From IMG/VR virus record IMGVR_UViG_3300028048_003180, positions 1 through 64,000 of that record: a stretch of DNA of 64,000 nucleotides; one strand, written 5' to 3'. The notes under the pieces were generated by a model, which ran no database searches, was not told the DNA's origin, and worked only from the letters and a program-made list of their open reading frames with translations. Below are positions 46,640-57,800 of this stretch, one piece after another. The position numbers were made by a program, and so were the translations under genes. Positions within the stretch are counted from its first letter, which is position 1. Each line of letters opens with the position of its first letter. Source of the DNA: a virus (taxonomy: Duplodnaviria; Caudoviricetes).

Positions 46640-47398
46640 ATGAAGATAGTAGACTGGCCCTCCGGCGTAAACAGGATAGTCCTTAACGAAGCCTCACTTT
46701 CACTGGCAGAGAACGGCGTAGAATCTGACAAGAGCGACAACGGCTCTGAAGTGTCCCGCCTCAAGGCTTCGGGCACTCCAGACAGGTTCCAGGTCTCAAT
46801 GTACTTCTCAAACTCCAGGACTGACTCTTTCTACAGGAACCACACGGATGCCTTGGGAAACCATTACACCGAATGGAAGAAATGGTCGGACTGGTTCAAA
46901 TTCGTAACCATGAACGGTATGCACCCGTTCTACTTCTCCGACATACAGAAGCCTGACGGCGGCGCAAAGATATACAAGATTTCAAGCGGAGGCCTGCCTC
47001 ACGGAACTCCAGCCGGAGAGTACGTCAAGGTCACAATGACATGGATTGAGGTTTTCAACGAGTACATCACCGTCCAGCAGGAAGAGACGCTGGCTGACTC
47101 AATCGACATAAACCCTGGCATGATAGACCTCCGTTTTACTGAAAAGCCGGAGGAGACACCCAAGCTGGAAGATTTCAGGGACGCAGAGGGCAACCCGCTG
47201 TCGGAGTTCTCCGTTGACGACGGGCAGACATGGAGCCCGCTTGTGCTCAATGAGATTGACTATGACGGCCAGAAGTCGGCAATCCTCTACTACGATTCCG
47301 GCATGACGGCAATAGACGGCCAGACCTACTACGTAAGGCTCAAGTACAAGGACGGCGGCTGGATAACAAACGCCTTTACTTACTGTGCGGAGGAATAG
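46640..47398 (+). CDS. Distal-tail-like protein
   Basis: First gene after tape measure; WP...GMHPFYF pattern. Confidence 0.55.
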   Translation: MKIVDWPSGVNRIVLNEASLSLAENGVESDKSDNGSEVSRLKASGTPDRFQVSMYFSNSRTDSFYRNHTDALGNHYTEWKKWSDWFKFVTMNGMHPFYFSDIQKPDGGAKIYKISSGGLPHGTPAGEYVKVTMTWIEVFNEYITVQQEETLADSIDINPGMIDLRFTEKPEETPKLEDFRDAEGNPLSEFSVDDGQTWSPLVLNEIDYDGQKSAILYYDSGMTAIDGQTYYVRLKYKDGGWITNAFTYCAEE

Positions 47399-47401
47399 AA
47401 G

Positions 47402-47971
47402 ATGGCAGACCCTGTAAGACACTTTTCAAATTATGTGCTGGACTCTTCGGCACAGGAATCGGATTCGACGTTCCTTCCCGTCCTTATAGACATAAGGCAC
47501 AGCGGAATCTACTGGGGCCCTGACGCAGGCGGTGAGACCTCTCAGGAAAACGGACACTTGAGGCTTGTCAATGACGTAAGGGGGCTTAGATTCAAGGGGG
47601 ACTCCCCTGCTCCGCTCTGGTATGCTCCCTGTACTTTCTCATTCAAACCCGGCAAGGACGACGGCAAGAACAAGGCGAATGCAAGCGTAACAATTTCGGC
47701 TGCTGACTCAAGGATTATAGAAGTCATAAGGAGCATAGAGGAAGATTTGACATGCCAGGTCGTTGCCCTCTATGCGAAGGTAAAGAACGCAGAGGGTGGC
47801 ATCTCATATACGTTCACGAAGATATATGGCAAGGAGTTTGAGATGACCTCCGTAAACTGGGACGGCATTTCTGCCCAGTGGACGTTGAACCCTGACAGTA
47901 CGCTGGACATGAACACTCCAAGGGACAAAGGCTCATTGTTCAGGTTTCCGTCCGTAATGGTGAAGGTGTAG
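47402..47971 (+). CDS. Tail tip protein (DUF1833-like)
   Basis: IRH...LRLVND...FRFPS; position. Confidence 0.6.
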   Translation: MADPVRHFSNYVLDSSAQESDSTFLPVLIDIRHSGIYWGPDAGGETSQENGHLRLVNDVRGLRFKGDSPAPLWYAPCTFSFKPGKDDGKNKANASVTISAADSRIIEVIRSIEEDLTCQVVALYAKVKNAEGGISYTFTKIYGKEFEMTSVNWDGISAQWTLNPDSTLDMNTPRDKGSLFRFPSVMVKV

Positions 47972-47975
47972 CGGC

Positions 47976-48359
47976 ATGGTGGACATATCTGACCTTCTTG
48001 GGGTGCGATACAGGGAGCACGGCAGGAGTACTGACGGCTTTGACTGCTACGGATTTGCCATCGAAGTTGGCAAGAGGTTCGGTTATGAGCTCCCGGATTT
48101 TGACTATATAAGGCACTCTGACCCTTTGTTTGAGGACAAGAGTTCACGGCTTATTGAGGAAGGGTTCGGGAGGAAGATTCCTGTTCCGGTGGAAGGTGCA
48201 ATCCTTCTCTTCCAGAACGTGTGCGGAATGAAGAACCACATCGGAATATACATGGGTGACGGACTGTTTGCCCATTGCGGGAAGGAAGGCAGCAGCATGG
48301 AGCGTCTTTGCGACTGGAAGGACAAGCTTGGAGGTATCTACTTATGGCAAAAGTTATAG
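47976..48359 (+). CDS. NlpC/P60 tail assembly protein
   Basis: GFDCYG...HIGIY...FAH. Confidence 0.9.
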   Translation: MVDISDLLGVRYREHGRSTDGFDCYGFAIEVGKRFGYELPDFDYIRHSDPLFEDKSSRLIEEGFGRKIPVPVEGAILLFQNVCGMKNHIGIYMGDGLFAHCGKEGSSMERLCDWKDKLGGIYLWQKL

Positions 48360-51300
48360 TATTCAATGACATATTCGACACAAGAGACACCAACGTAATA
48401 GACGTAGAGAAGGTTCAGACGGTAAGGGACGTACTGTACGAGGGCAAGTACAATGTTCGTGACTACAGTTCCCAAGTGGAGGTCTATGACCCTGACACGG
48501 GGGAAACATCATACCTTGCCATAAAGGATGACGGCGGACAGGCACTCAACGTCTGCGTCAAGGTCAACGGGCTTGTGAAGGACCTGTCATACGAGATACA
48601 GCCAGCTGATGCGGTAGTCGTAGAGATACTGCCCGCTTCATCAGTGAGCAAGACCATCGAGGGAACCCTCGGTACTATATTCACAGTGGTCGGCGGCCTT
48701 GCGATGGCAGTGGGAGCTGCAATGCTCACTGTGGGAACGGGCGGTATAGGACTTGCGGTTGGACTTATGGTTGCCGGTGGACTCCTTGTCGCAGCCGGAA
48801 CCTACATGATTATGGATTCCCTTAAGTTCGACTATCCCGATGAGCAGAAGGCAGGCAAGAGCCTGACGGAAGAGCAGAGGAAAAAACTTGAAGGCGCGAC
48901 CAACCAGAACCTTATTGACATGCCGTTCCCTGTGGTGGTCGGCAAGATTGACGTTACCCCGTACACGGTGGGTACGCAGTACAACGAGCTTGTGTACAAT
49001 GGCAGTAGCTGGGACGAATTCTTCGGAAGCAGGATGAGGACGACCCAGCTCCTTGCAATAGGCTACGCACCCCTCCTCCTCAAGGACATTAAGTTTGACG
49101 AGCTTGTGTCAGCCCACAACAACAACAACATACTGAACGGCGAACTCTCGTACCTTAATAATGACAACGACGTTCCCGGACACAGGCCCTCCACGTTCAA
49201 CGGCAAGCCGCAGGTGGCTGACATTGAATCCAAGTGGAGGGGCAACAAGGTAAGGATGGAGATTTCCCAGTTCGGAAGGGACAGGAGTATATATCCGTTC
49301 ACCGTCAAGCAGCAGAAGGTTGACGCTCCACTCCTCTATTGCTATGACGGACAGTATGCCGAGGTTGCCAATGACAGGCACATATCATGGCAGGGGGCAT
49401 CGCTCCAGTGCGGCATGAGGACCAACACCATAAGGTTCTCAGACGGAATTCCCTACAAGGTGGTGGTCGGCATTGACATACCGGGCGGCCTTTGGGAAGC
49501 CAACAACATAAAGGAAAAGACCGACACAAGGTATTCAAAGATACCAATGAACCTTGTCGTTCAGTGGAGGCCTGTCTACAAGTACATATCTGACAACGGG
49601 CTTGACTCTGCGGGTGCCGCCGGTGACGTTTATGACCGCAACAGGGACGGCTACGGAGTCCTCAGATATTCAGGATGGAGGAATTTCTCCGGCACGTCAT
49701 ACCTTGACGGAAAGTGGGCTGGCCCGGTCAAGCAGTGTACGTACACGGGCAACTCCCTGTCCTACTTCGTCTACAAGGACGGCAACACCCCGGCCTACAG
49801 GGACGGTTATTACGGTTACTTCGTAAACAACAGCGGATACACGCTCACGGGAACGTTCCATAAGGTCCAGAAAAAGACTGACGAGGCCACCCTTTACAGG
49901 GAAAAATTTCTTTCCCTCATAAGGGACTGGGAAAGGCAGCATACGACAAGGGAAAGCTACATTAATGCCATATCTCCGACAAAGGGGTACGTCACGGTGG
50001 TCAACGAGGACGGCACCAGGGCGGTCATGCCGTACCAGGCTTACTGGAAGAGCTATATATACCCGGAGATAAAGGAGTCCGTCCCTGATTCCGTCCGCCT
50101 CAGCCTTGAGGACCAGGCCCGTACATACGCAAGGAACAAGGTGGCCTCGCAGGATGCCGACTGGTGCGCCAGCCACCAGAACTACAACAACGGGACGACG
50201 TGGCACAAGATGTCGTCACAGGAGATTATCGACTACAGTAATGCGGGCAAACTCAACGTGTCCTTTCATAATGAAAAGCAGAAGACTTGGGTCGGTCCCG
50301 GTAACTATATCGGAGCACCCCAAGGCTACTGGCATACTGAAACGGTCAGAGTCTACGACTACTCGAGCGCAAGTTCCGACGTTTTAATCCAGAACGGTGT
50401 TCCTTACGCTCAGGACAACCCCTATGCGAATTCAATCGCCCAGATAGAGGTAAATGCAAACAAGGGCCTTTCGGCAGGAACGGGAGCCAACAGCAACCCG
50501 ACATGGTTCGGGGTGAGGTGCTTCTCGCTCGGCGAGTTCTCGCTTGGCAAGACGTTCTACCAGAGGGACATGTCGGAACCGAACTTCCAGTCAGCCCTTA
50601 ATATTGGTGCGAATGACGTTGACAATGCAAAGGACGAGATGCGCTTCGAGATTTGTGCGGAGCTCACCCAAGAGGACATCCTTGACCTCCTGAACAGGAA
50701 CCCAAGGTCCATAAGGGCCGGGGAAGACGGAGAGGTGCCTGAGCTTCTGGGCAAGACGAACTGCATCATAGACTCAATCCAGGTCCGCGTGGTAAGGCTT
50801 ACCCCCTGCTATATCGACAACAACAGCGGGGAGATTAAGTACAAATACTCCGATGTCGTCAAGTGGAGCTACTTGAGGACGTACTGCCTTGACAAGCAGA
50901 GGCTCCTTGACAGCATAGACAACAAGACGGAGGATGCCATAGTCGGCGGCAAGGCAGTCAAGATTGCCCCTATAGACTGCTCCCTTGAGACGTTCGACAG
51001 TAGGGACCCGGACATACATGAGTACCCGACGTGGAACACATGGGACATACTTTCGTTCCGTTCCGTCCCTGTGGCAAAGGAGGACGAGGAGAAGCTGTGC
51101 CTCCTTGGGGTCGAGGCCGAGCCTGACCCGCTGGGTGTCATGTCCGACAGTCTGAACAAGATAAGCCTTACGGCCCATGCCGTCACGCCGTCACTGAGGT
51201 CGAACTACATACGCTATTGGTATACGGATGGCATTGGCTATTGGAAATATGACTCCTACGACACCCTTGAGACGAAGGATTCAGAGGAGCTTTACCTCAC

Positions 51301-54300
51301 GTTCTCCCAGAGGGACTTCAGGTGGAAGCGCACTACTGCGGAGGAATTTACGGAAACACCCAAGTCCGTGCTCAAGAAGAACGGGACTACCCGCGTAGGA
51401 TACTACTTCTCTGAAATGCACAACGCATGGGACAAAAAGTGGTTCCCGGCAAAGATTGAGAAGCGGCAGTGCATACAGTACATAACGGATGCCAACGGTG
51501 AGATAGTCTACAATGAGGCAGGAGACCCGCTCATAGAGATGACGAGGGACGGCAACGACTGGATTCCGTTCATTTACAAGGAGATGGCGAGGAATACCGA
51601 CTCCCTGGGAAGGTGGGTTGCAAGCAATGCGTTCCTCAGAACGTTCACGGAGCAGAACTCCATCGGGCAGCTTTTGGGGTTTGCCTGCGGGCAGAGCCTT
51701 GGCAGGAATGCCTACTTCTACAATTCGCTCAACGACGACAAGTTCATACGGTACTGGTACGACGACGTATCAAAGGGAAAATACTACTACTTCGACACGG
51801 ACGACACCGTGCTTGACCTGGAGCACAAGCCTGTATGGAGCGATGAGGGTGACCCTTATGACCTCCCGCAGTGGACTTATGACGGATGGGCGGAAGGTTC
51901 GGAAATAGAGTTCCGCTCCGCCTCACTTACAGAAATCGGCAGCGGTTATTACTACAGCATAAGGAAGGCAGACAACGCCTTCAACATGATGGCCCTCAAG
52001 GAAGCCTTTGAATATACGGAGGCTATAGACATAGGAAAAAGTGCGGTGGGCCCCATCCCGTACAAGTGCAACATGTACATAACGAACCAGCAGAAGGCAC
52101 TCGCGCTAATGCAGACAATTCTTGTCACCGCGAGGGCGTTCTGGTTCTTCGATGAATACGGACGCTTCGAGGTTCACAACGACAAGCCCAAAAAGAACCC
52201 TGTCCTTATGATAACGGACGAGAACTCCCTCCAGTCGTCGAATACGAGGGACTTTTCAAGGGGAATAGCAGGCTACCACATTACGTTCCAGGATGAGTCC
52301 AACGGATTCCAGACGGGGGAAGTCTACGTACTGAGGGAGGGGCAGACAAGGAACTCCCATACAAGGGATATAATTGACCAGACGATAAACGGCGTTACGA
52401 ACGCGGAGCAGGCATGGTGCCTTGGCGCATACATGCTTGCCTGTTCCATAACCCAGAAGGAGTCATGGTCAAGGAAGCTCAACCATGTAGGCGGAAGCCT
52501 GACGATAGGCTCGCTTGTCTCCGTCCAGAGCTCAACCCTTATGATAGGGACTGACACTTCGGGAAGGATTGTAAGGCTTATAGAGGACGAGAATTTCATC
52601 TACGGGTTCATCTGCGACCTCACCTATGACTACAGGGAAGAGTATGGGCAGAATGGCGAGAACGTACAGGGATGCTCCATCTTCCAGGCAGGGGCAAAGA
52701 GTCACTCAAAGGTTGTAACTCTCAGGTTTGCCAGTGCCGCACAACAGCAGCAGGGAATAACGGTGGAAACGGAGGACCCAGAATACGCAATCAACAGCGG
52801 AACATACGCAAACCTTAAGGGTCAGACGAATCTGGTACTCTTTGAAAAGAAAATAATTAAGCAGACGGAGCGGGAGCTTGAGCAGGGGAATGACGAGGAG
52901 ACGGGAACCAAGGTGTTCACCCAGTTCATTCCAAAGCCGGGGGACGTGGTTGCCTTCGGCAACGTAGGCACAATCACGAAGCTTGGTGTCGTCTACCAGC
53001 TTTCCTTTGACGAAAAGCACCATGTAACTGCCGGGATTTACCCCTATTACGAATCAATCTACCATGCAGGACGCTCACTCCCTGTACTGGAATCGTCCAT
53101 GACGAAGCTTCCAAGGAACGACAATGCCCCTGTAGACTTTAGTGCGACATTCTCTGACGTAAGCGCAGCCATAGACGAGGCGAATAAGAATACGGCGGCC
53201 GCAATAAACGGGCTTGTGAATGGAGGCGGTGACAGCAGTGCCGTGCCTGATGCCCCTGTAATGCTTGAGGCAAAGGCCTTTGAAAAGGAGATTCTGCTTA
53301 AGGCCCGTGCTGACGGTGCAGGCCTTAAGAACAGTGTGGTTGAAGTTGACTGGCAGCTGTTTAAGTGGACACCTGACGTAGAGACTGCGGACGAGAACTT
53401 GTGGGACTGGGAGGACGCGGGCACGACACCTACGCTTAGCGGGGAGTATGTGTTTGACAGGGACACTGACGGCTATCCTGAAAGGGAGGACCTGAACGGG
53501 ACTGAATCTGCCTGGTTCTTCAGGTGCCGGATAAAGAATCAGTACGGGAATGACTCTGAATGGAGCCGCAAGATGGCGGTGCAGACCTACAGGTATGGCA
53601 CTTGGCTGCTCGGTGCGCCCGCAATAGTGCCGAGAGTTACCAGCAGGTGTGTTACGCTGAAACTTTCCCAGCCACCAAGGGCGGGGGACAGGGAGCAGTA
53701 CGGAACCGTTCGCTACAGGATTGAGGTAATGCGCCCTGACATTGATGAAAATTACTTCAAGCCTTCTATTGACCTCAACCCATATGCTGCAGAGGAGAAC
53801 TACAAGGACGGTGAGGGATATGTCATAAGCGACGGTACGTACATACAGGTGATGCCTCTCAAGGGACAGGATTCAGAACTAATAGAAAACACGTTGTACA
53901 TGTTCCGCGTAACGGCAGAGAATGAGACCAGTATATCTGAGAGTTCCGTTATAAATGTAATCACTGAATGTGACTCTATACGCGACATAGTGAAGGCCCG
54001 TGAGACTGCAAAGGAAGCCTACATATCACAGCTTTCCGCAATCAGCGCGAACATGGGGTGCATATCAAGCGGTTCTTTCAACGGCTCGGACACAAACTTT
54101 TGGGAGCTTTCCTCTTTTATTGATGATTTTAATGTAAACCATCATGAGGGGGCATTCCGGGTAGGAGGAGTGGACGAATTTCTGCATGTAATTCCTGTTG
54201 ACGAGGATGGTAATGACATAACGAGTGATACCCCCGTTTCTGTTGAACCCGCATCGTACCGCATTGAATTTCAGATCGGCAACTTCAAGGTAAAGTCAGA

Positions 54301-54895
54301 CCAGACGAACTTTATCAACGAACTTACCATATACAACGACAAAGACTATTCAGAGCGGCTCTGCGTGTCATACACAGGCTTGCTCAGGCAGGTTCTGCCG
54401 GGGGCAACGTCACCGGACGACTGGGGGAATGCCGCACCCGGAAGCATAACAAGCGTACCTTTCGCAAAGGCGACAAAGGAGGGGAACGCCTGCTTTACAA
54501 ACGTCCCTATTGAAGAGCTTCCGGCTACAAAGCGGTTCGTTACTGGCACCCAGTCGGCCTACAACCTTCAGGATACGGTGACTGACATATACGGGCAGAA
54601 CCCTGAGAATTTAGTCCTTGACCAGGCCAACCTCATAAACACGGCAGAAGGTTGCCCTGTGCTTGTTAATGAAGGAGTCCCCGTCACAAAAGCCTACGAG
54701 GGGGAGATAAAGATAGACAAGGAAAGCAAGTACGTTGCTTACTGGAATAAGGGTGGGGTCAGGTGTGATTCAGGAACCGCAAGGAGCGTATTCGAGGCGG
54801 CAAGAGAAGCCTGGCGAGCCAGCAGGAGTACGGAATGGGGACTGACACAAGAACAGGCCAGCACACTTGACCTTGAAGACATGGAGGAATTATGA
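48344..54895 (+). CDS. Tail tip / host-specificity protein (lambda I+J-like)
   Basis: Ubiquitin-like N-terminus, Gly-rich TM, PFPVVVG, FN3-like regions, LSAISANMG. Confidence 0.8.
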   Translation: MAKVIVFNDIFDTRDTNVIDVEKVQTVRDVLYEGKYNVRDYSSQVEVYDPDTGETSYLAIKDDGGQALNVCVKVNGLVKDLSYEIQPADAVVVEILPASSVSKTIEGTLGTIFTVVGGLAMAVGAAMLTVGTGGIGLAVGLMVAGGLLVAAGTYMIMDSLKFDYPDEQKAGKSLTEEQRKKLEGATNQNLIDMPFPVVVGKIDVTPYTVGTQYNELVYNGSSWDEFFGSRMRTTQLLAIGYAPLLLKDIKFDELVSAHNNNNILNGELSYLNNDNDVPGHRPSTFNGKPQVADIESKWRGNKVRMEISQFGRDRSIYPFTVKQQKVDAPLLYCYDGQYAEVANDRHISWQGASLQCGMRTNTIRFSDGIPYKVVVGIDIPGGLWEANNIKEKTDTRYSKIPMNLVVQWRPVYKYISDNGLDSAGAAGDVYDRNRDGYGVLRYSGWRNFSGTSYLDGKWAGPVKQCTYTGNSLSYFVYKDGNTPAYRDGYYGYFVNNSGYTLTGTFHKVQKKTDEATLYREKFLSLIRDWERQHTTRESYINAISPTKGYVTVVNEDGTRAVMPYQAYWKSYIYPEIKESVPDSVRLSLEDQARTYARNKVASQDADWCASHQNYNNGTTWHKMSSQEIIDYSNAGKLNVSFHNEKQKTWVGPGNYIGAPQGYWHTETVRVYDYSSASSDVLIQNGVPYAQDNPYANSIAQIEVNANKGLSAGTGANSNPTWFGVRCFSLGEFSLGKTFYQRDMSEPNFQSALNIGANDVDNAKDEMRFEICAELTQEDILDLLNRNPRSIRAGEDGEVPELLGKTNCIIDSIQVRVVRLTPCYIDNNSGEIKYKYSDVVKWSYLRTYCLDKQRLLDSIDNKTEDAIVGGKAVKIAPIDCSLETFDSRDPDIHEYPTWNTWDILSFRSVPVAKEDEEKLCLLGVEAEPDPLGVMSDSLNKISLTAHAVTPSLRSNYIRYWYTDGIGYWKYDSYDTLETKDSEELYLTFSQRDFRWKRTTAEEFTETPKSVLKKNGTTRVGYYFSEMHNAWDKKWFPAKIEKRQCIQYITDANGEIVYNEAGDPLIEMTRDGNDWIPFIYKEMARNTDSLGRWVASNAFLRTFTEQNSIGQLLGFACGQSLGRNAYFYNSLNDDKFIRYWYDDVSKGKYYYFDTDDTVLDLEHKPVWSDEGDPYDLPQWTYDGWAEGSEIEFRSASLTEIGSGYYYSIRKADNAFNMMALKEAFEYTEAIDIGKSAVGPIPYKCNMYITNQQKALALMQTILVTARAFWFFDEYGRFEVHNDKPKKNPVLMITDENSLQSSNTRDFSRGIAGYHITFQDESNGFQTGEVYVLREGQTRNSHTRDIIDQTINGVTNAEQAWCLGAYMLACSITQKESWSRKLNHVGGSLTIGSLVSVQSSTLMIGTDTSGRIVRLIEDENFIYGFICDLTYDYREEYGQNGENVQGCSIFQAGAKSHSKVVTLRFASAAQQQQGITVETEDPEYAINSGTYANLKGQTNLVLFEKKIIKQTERELEQGNDEETGTKVFTQFIPKPGDVVAFGNVGTITKLGVVYQLSFDEKHHVTAGIYPYYESIYHAGRSLPVLESSMTKLPRNDNAPVDFSATFSDVSAAIDEANKNTAAAINGLVNGGGDSSAVPDAPVMLEAKAFEKEILLKARADGAGLKNSVVEVDWQLFKWTPDVETADENLWDWEDAGTTPTLSGEYVFDRDTDGYPEREDLNGTESAWFFRCRIKNQYGNDSEWSRKMAVQTYRYGTWLLGAPAIVPRVTSRCVTLKLSQPPRAGDREQYGTVRYRIEVMRPDIDENYFKPSIDLNPYAAEENYKDGEGYVISDGTYIQVMPLKGQDSELIENTLYMFRVTAENETSISESSVINVITECDSIRDIVKARETAKEAYISQLSAISANMGCISSGSFNGSDTNFWELSSFIDDFNVNHHEGAFRVGGVDEFLHVIPVDEDGNDITSDTPVSVEPASYRIEFQIGNFKVKSDQTNFINELTIYNDKDYSERLCVSYTGLLRQVLPGATSPDDWGNAAPGSITSVPFAKATKEGNACFTNVPIEELPATKRFVTGTQSAYNLQDTVTDIYGQNPENLVLDQANLINTAEGCPVLVNEGVPVTKAYEGEIKIDKESKYVAYWNKGGVRCDSGTARSVFEAAREAWRASRSTEWGLTQEQASTLDLEDMEEL

Positions 54896-57800
54896 GCTAC
54901 GAAGTAACATTAGGCAATTATCAGAGCGTAATTGGTGCGCTCCCTGCAAATACAGCATCCACCCCTTATGATGTCGTCATTACGGATGGGGAAAACTTGG
55001 CTCCTAATGTCTTAAGGCCTGTGCAAGCGGCGAAAAGATATGTCAATTTGAGTTTTACCCCGGCAACAGTTGAAAGTGATAGCATCCGTAATCTCTTTAG
55101 AGCAGGCAGTGTCACCTTGTACCTCGTATCATGCGACATGTCAAATCTGGACCTCTCGAACGTTACGGACGCGGTTTCTATGTTTGGGAACGTCAGTCTA
55201 AAAACTGTAGTCTTGCCGCCTATGGAGAATTTAACTACGGCAGCCGAAATGTTTTCTTGGTGTGACTCCCTTGAAAGCATTACTTTGCCTGCCATGCCTG
55301 AAGTTACTAATGTGGGCGGCATGTTCCAAGTCTGTCGTGCACTCAAAAACATTACTTTGCCTGCTACTATGCCTAAAGTTACAGCGGCATACAGTATGTT
55401 CCAGGGGTGTGAATCCCTTGAAAGCATTACTTTGCCTGCCATGCCTGAAGTTACTAATGTGAAGGGTATGATTTTACAGTGTTCCGCCCTTAAAAAAGTT
55501 GACATATCAGGGCTCGCCTCAGGAACAAATACGGAAAACCTATTTCGGCTTTGCCCGGCCCTTAAGGAAATAACGGTAGCTACCACCAATTACGAAACTT
55601 ACGTAAGTGCATTGGATGAAAATACTGCGGCAACGCCCTATGACGTAATTATTGCAGATGATACATTCGACGGTGATGTTCTTTTAAATGATATTTTTTC
55701 TTCTATGGTGCAAAGTGGAAGGTTCGTGAAGATTTCTTTTAGTGGAGGAACTTTTGGTGGTTTTACATTATGTTCAGATTATGCTTATCCAGAATCTGAC
55801 TACTTGATAGAATGTGACATGTCATCAATGGCTTGCACGAACCTAATTTATGTTCAGGGTTTTCGCAACTGTAAAAACTTAAAGAAAGTAAAGATGCCTA
55901 ATATTACATCATCAGCCCCATGTACCGCAAATGGATGTTTTTTTGGTTGCGCTTCTCTTACTGAGGTAGAGTTTTTACCAGCAAACTTCGATTTAACTCA
56001 AGACATGTTTTCTCTTTGCAGTTCCCTCGAGCAAGTCGATTTGTCAAAAATACAATTAAAAGATACGGGACGTATGTTCCAAAATTGCACAGCCCTTAAG
56101 GACGTAGTTTTGCCAGATTTGTCAAGTGTATCTTCTGCTGCGTCCATGTTTGTTCGTTGTAGTAATCTTGTCACGGTAGATATATCAACATTAACTGCAG
56201 CCGCTAATGTCTATGATCTTTTTCTTGGTTGCTCCTCGCTTAAAACGGTAGTGTTGCCCGCAAGTATGGCGTCAACGAATGCTAAAGGTATGTTCTACGG
56301 TTGTAGTAGCCTTGAGGATATTACGCTGCCTGTTATGCCTGAAGTTACTAATGCGAATGAAATGTTTTATCGGTGCTCTGCACTCAAGACTGCTGACGTA
56401 TCAGGGATTGCGGCAACTGCAGATGTTTCCAATATATTTCAGGAGTGTACGGTCCTTGAGGAGATAACGGTTACTACAGTCAATTATGAAACAATAGTAA
56501 GTGCATTGAATGAAAACACTGCGGCTACTCCTTATGGCATCGTAATATCAGACGGGGAAAACCTTAGGCCTTCTGCCATGAAGGTGGATGAGACGGGAAG
56601 GTACGTCAACCTAGGTTTTAGGCCAGCCGTTGTTGAAAGACAAGACATTGAAAGTCTTTTCGATTACAACAGCACAATAACTCATCAGTATCTTATATCA
56701 TGCGACATGTCGAACCTTGACATGTCAAATGTTACGTATGCAAAAGGTGCATTCCATTCAAACAAAGGGTTAAAAACTGTTGTCATGCCGTCCTTAAGAA
56801 ATGTATGGAATTCAGCGGAGATGTTCTTAGGGTGTAATGCACTTGAAAACGTTACACTTCCTGACATGTCTAAAGTTACTGATGCAGTAAGCATGTTTTA
56901 CAACTGTCGTTCACTTGAACACGTAGACATAGGGACATTCAGAAAACTGGAAGATGCATTAAATATGTTTTGCAGCTGTCATTCCCTTGTAGAAATTGAC
57001 GCGACAAACCTTACGGAACTCACCGATGCAGAGAGTATGTTCGCAGATTGTGGAGCACTTGAAAACGTTACACTTCCTGACATGTCTAAAATTACTAAAG
57101 CATCATATATGTTTCAAGAATGCCTTTCTCTTGAAAGCATAGACTTATCTCCATTAGAAAATGTCGTAAATGCACGCAGTATGTTTTTTAAATCAGGAAT
57201 TACAACCGTAAACATTTCGGGGATGAACAACCTTAAATATGCAGCAAATATGTTCAAGCAATGTGCTTCCCTGGAAAGCGTTGATATTTCTGGTATGGAA
57301 AATGTTGAGGATGCAGAGGAGATGTTCGCCGTCTGCGAAGCGTTGACGCATGTAAACATATCTGGAATGGGAAACGTTACAAATGCCACAGGTATGTTCT
57401 TTGGAGACCAGACCCTTGAGTCAGCTAATTTGACAAGCCTAGTGAGTGCAACTAATGGAGATGGTATGTTTTCCTCCTGTGTCAGCCTAGAAGAGGTTTC
57501 AGTTCCGCCCGCGTTAACCAACGTCAACGGGTTGTTTATGAACTGTCCAGACTTGACTACCGTAAAAAATTTCAAATGGGATTTCTCCAATATGGAGAAT
57601 ACAACCAACTGTTTTTCCGGCTGCTCCTCCCTTACCCACCTATACTATTACTCTGACAACGACCCTGCCCTTATAATTCCTAATGACGACTGGCTTCTTT
57701 ATTATAAGGGGGGGGCGTCAGCCTCTGAGGGATATACCCTTACGGCTTACGACAGGAAAGGGAATGTGGTACTCTCGGAATCTCTTGGCAGGCCGCAGAT

